A stretch of DNA of 64,000 nucleotides from Terriglobia bacterium (GTDB lineage Bacteria; Acidobacteriota; Terriglobia; 20CM-2-55-15): contig CBDBIN010000044.1 of NCBI GenBank assembly GCA_965206125.1, forward strand, positions 365,019-429,018, read 5' to 3'. The translations under genes and the position numbers were made by a program. Shown here piece by piece: positions 61,318 to 64,000 of the stretch. Position 1 is the stretch's first letter. Every line of letters starts with the position of its first letter. Under the pieces are notes generated by a model. It saw only the letters and a list, made by a program, of their open reading frames with translations. It had not been told where the DNA came from and did not search any database.

Positions 61318-62634
61318 TTAGCGGACTTTCTTGGCGAAGTCCGTCAGCAACTGCTTGAATCCTGCTGGCGCCGCCAGGGAGTAGCGGATCTGGAGCAGAG
61401 GTTTGTTGATCTTGATGAGTTGGCTGAGATCGACCGGTGTGGCGCCGATCACCAGGTCGGCTTTGGCCTTGTTGATCGTCGCCTCGAACTCGCGGATCTG
61501 CTTGTCCCCGTATCCCATCGCGGGAAGGATGCTCTTCAGGTGCGGGAACTTCCGGTACACCTTACGGATCGAGCCGACCGCGTATCGCGACGGGTTGACC
61601 ATCCGCGCGCCCTCTCTCTTCGCGAAGATGGCGCCGGCCCCGTAAGCCATATCGCCGTGGGTCAGCGTCGGACCGTCTTCGACGACGATTACCTTCTTGC
61701 CCTTGATCGACTGCCGGTCGACGGCTGCGATCTTGAGGTCCGTCTTGAAGACCCGCGCCTTCGGGTTGGCGATCTTGATGTTCTTGCGGACCGTCTCGAT
61801 GCCGGCCGCTGTCGCCGTACCGGTTTTGCTGATCAAGATGACGTCGGCGGCGCGAAGGTTGGTTTCTCCCGGGTGGTAGGACATCCCGTGTCCGGGTCGG
61901 TGCGGATCGGCAACCGTGATGTAGAGGTCGGGTGTGTAGAACGGGATGTCGTTGTTACCGCCGTCCCAGAGGATCACATCGGCTTCACGTTCGGCGCGAC
62001 GGAGGATCTTCAGGTAATCGACGCCCGCCCAGATGACGACGCCCCTGCGGACATAGGGTTCGTACTCTTCACGTTCTTCGATCGTCGACTGATGCTTCTC
62101 GAAGTCGGAGTACTTGGCGAACCGCTGCACTTCCATGGCGACCAGGTCGCCGTAGGGCATCGGGTGTCGGATCACGCCAACACGCAGGCCCTGCTTCATC
62201 AGGTAGTCGACGACGAACTGGCTTGTCGGGCTCTTGCCCGCACCCGTCCTTACGGCACAGACCGCGACGACCGGCTTCTTCGACTTGATGTAGGTCGTCC
62301 CCGGACCCATCAACCGGAAATCAGCGCCCGCAGCCATGGAAATCGACGCGGCGTGCATGATGTCCTGGTGGGCGACATCTGAATAGGCGTGCACCACCTG
62401 ATCGACTTTATGCTCGCGGATCAGGTCGGTCAGTCGATCCTCCGGAACGATCGGAACCCCCTTCGGGTAGAGCTTGCCGGCGAGTTTGGCCGGGTACGAG
62501 CGATCGTCGATGTTGGGAATCTGCGTGGCCGTGAAGGCAACAACCTTGTATTCCTTGTTGTTTCGGAAGTAGACGTTGAAGTTATGGAAGTCGCGGCCGG
62601 CCGCTCCCATGATGACTACGCGTTTCTTAGGCAT
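61318..62634 (-). CDS. P-loop NTPase of the cDPGS-like / arginine synthetase (ArcE)-like family
   Basis: MGAAGRDFHNFN, VRTGAGKS, RHPMPYG, EEREEYE, WDGGNND, EDGPTLTHG, LPAMGY. Confidence 0.8.
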   Translation of the reverse strand: MPKKRVVIMGAAGRDFHNFNVYFRNNKEYKVVAFTATQIPNIDDRSYPAKLAGKLYPKGVPIVPEDRLTDLIREHKVDQVVHAYSDVAHQDIMHAASISMAAGADFRLMGPGTTYIKSKKPVVAVCAVRTGAGKSPTSQFVVDYLMKQGLRVGVIRHPMPYGDLVAMEVQRFAKYSDFEKHQSTIEEREEYEPYVRRGVVIWAGVDYLKILRRAEREADVILWDGGNNDIPFYTPDLYITVADPHRPGHGMSYHPGETNLRAADVILISKTGTATAAGIETVRKNIKIANPKARVFKTDLKIAAVDRQSIKGKKVIVVEDGPTLTHGDMAYGAGAIFAKREGARMVNPSRYAVGSIRKVYRKFPHLKSILPAMGYGDKQIREFEATINKAKADLVIGATPVDLSQLIKINKPLLQIRYSLAAPAGFKQLLTDFAKKVR

Positions 62635-62830
62635 GGTGGACTCATTCCTTTCCGTTTTCCGGATAGAGCCGGAAGGCGTCAGCCTTTGATTGTTGGAAAA
62701 AGAGCCACGATGTCGATCCGACCGGAAACCGATCGGAGACCGGGGGGTGGGCTGCTCCCAGGGTCGTTCCCGACGAGAGAACTATAAAATTATCAAATTT
62801 TTGGATGCGGCGCCACCGCCGGGCCGATAC

Positions 62831-63745
62831 TCAATCGGCTCGGTCCAACCGGCGAACCAGGTTGAGGGCGGCTCGGAATGCGATGTTCATCGCACTGGCG
62901 TCCACCACCTCGGGCGAATCGGCGGGCGTGTGGATCAGTTGGAGAATGCGCGGCACGAACGCCGGGTCGAAGACGCCCTGGGGGTTGCTGTTCAGGAGCA
63001 GCCAGAGTCGGTGCGCCTCGGGCGCCGGAAGAGTTCCAATGGACACGTTCGGTATTCCCGCAGCCTGGAAGCTCCGGTCGTCGCTGGGCGGATACGCCGG
63101 GTAGTTGAGGAACTCGATCCCTTCGTCCAGGCATGCCTGCCTGAGCGCCGAATCAATCACCGCGTTCCCGGGGTCGGCCGTCGGTCCTATCAGCAGCGTG
63201 TCGCCATAGCCCACCACATCAAAGTTGATCATCGCGTCGATCGTTTCGGTCGCATGGGTGGTCAGGTATTGGCTCGAACCGATCAGACCGAGTTCCTCCA
63301 TGTCAAAAAACGCCAGTACGACGCGGTGTTCGAACGTCTCCTCCGCGAGCGCTTCGGCTAGCCGTGTCAGTACGATGGATCCGGCCGCGTTATCGACAGC
63401 CCCGGGGCTGAGCGTGGCATCGGGAAATCGAACGGCATCGTAGTGGGCCCCGATCACGATGTCTCGAGGGCCCGAACCGAACGTGACGATGATGTTCCGG
63501 CCTTCGGTTCGCGGGTAGTCTTCGCGTTCTTCGATCGTGAACGATTCGATCTGGAAAGCGATCCCGCGGTCGGCCAGGATGGACTCCAGGATTTCACGCC
63601 TTCCGATGTTGGTGTCGGTCGCCATTCGGGCGACGTCGTCGGCCATTCCTTCGAGAAAACCCGCAGACGAAGCCTGAGCGCCGACAGCGGTCCCGACGAG
63701 GCCCGGCAAGAGGAGGCAAAGCAGCAAGCAGCGTAGCTTCATCAT
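62831..63745 (-). CDS. Exported M28 family peptidase
   Basis: IGAHYD, GAVDNAAG, EELGLIGS, NFD, SDDRSF, IHTPAD. Confidence 0.88.
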   Translation of the reverse strand: MMKLRCLLLCLLLPGLVGTAVGAQASSAGFLEGMADDVARMATDTNIGRREILESILADRGIAFQIESFTIEEREDYPRTEGRNIIVTFGSGPRDIVIGAHYDAVRFPDATLSPGAVDNAAGSIVLTRLAEALAEETFEHRVVLAFFDMEELGLIGSSQYLTTHATETIDAMINFDVVGYGDTLLIGPTADPGNAVIDSALRQACLDEGIEFLNYPAYPPSDDRSFQAAGIPNVSIGTLPAPEAHRLWLLLNSNPQGVFDPAFVPRILQLIHTPADSPEVVDASAMNIAFRAALNLVRRLDRAD

Positions 63746-63803
63746 TGTGTGTCCATTCTAGCAGCCCGTGAGACTGCCAAATGAGGCAGAATAAGGTTAC
63801 GTC

Positions 63804-64000
63804 GTGGAACTCCTGATTCAATTGATGATGGGCATCAGCCTGGCTGCTGCTGCCGGCCTCCGTGCTTTCCTGCCGATGCTGGCGGTCAGCCTCGCCGCAC
63901 GGGCTGAACTGGTCGACCTGAACGCGTCGTTCCAGTTCCTGGCCCGGGACGACGTGTTGATCGTGCTCCTGGTGGCTGCGATCGTGGAGTTTTTGGGCGA
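63804..64000 (+). CDS. DUF4126-like membrane protein (5' part, truncated by the window edge)
   Basis: Manual translation VELLIQLMMGISLAAAAGLRAFLP...AAIVEFLG; not in the ORF track. Confidence 0.7.
   Translation, partial: MELLIQLMMGISLAAAAGLRAFLPMLAVSLAARAELVDLNASFQFLARDDVLIVLLVAAIVEFLG

Noticed and set aside
1-64000. CRISPR array, prophage or defence system
   Set aside because: No regularly spaced repeats with unique spacers, and no recognisable cas, phage, integrase or defence genes

Overview
A 64 kb window of GC-rich bacterial chromosome. Gene content and style suggest Acidobacteriota or a similar diderm; this is inference only. From left to right: (1) a surface-polysaccharide locus with GT-C and GT2 glycosyltransferases, two SAM methyltransferases and a Wzm/Wzt ABC exporter; (2) a long minus-strand housekeeping run with two TPR/peptidase-fold paralogs, an acyl-CoA carboxylase beta subunit, transaldolase, hslUV, folC, accD, gltX and a HEAT-repeat protein, interrupted by a complete-ended IS4 and an IS1380; (3) a PAS histidine kinase, a frameshifted M61 peptidase, glnS, a spermidine-synthase fusion, korAB, an M1 aminopeptidase and a MutS-V protein; (4) an OxyR-rubrerythrin-FeS oxidoreductase-DUF3501 oxidative-stress module and pilB; (5) peptidases, permeases, tRNA-Arg(CCG), a GluR0-like channel, a radical SAM protein and an ArcE/cDPGS-like ATPase. 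Highlights the ORF track misses: a probable exported selenoprotein (in-frame UGA in a UxxC motif followed by a SECIS-like hairpin), a ~270 nt imperfect hairpin between gltX and accD, a MITE-like family with TAGCAGCCYG ends, and three REP-like families, one of which supplies host stop codons.
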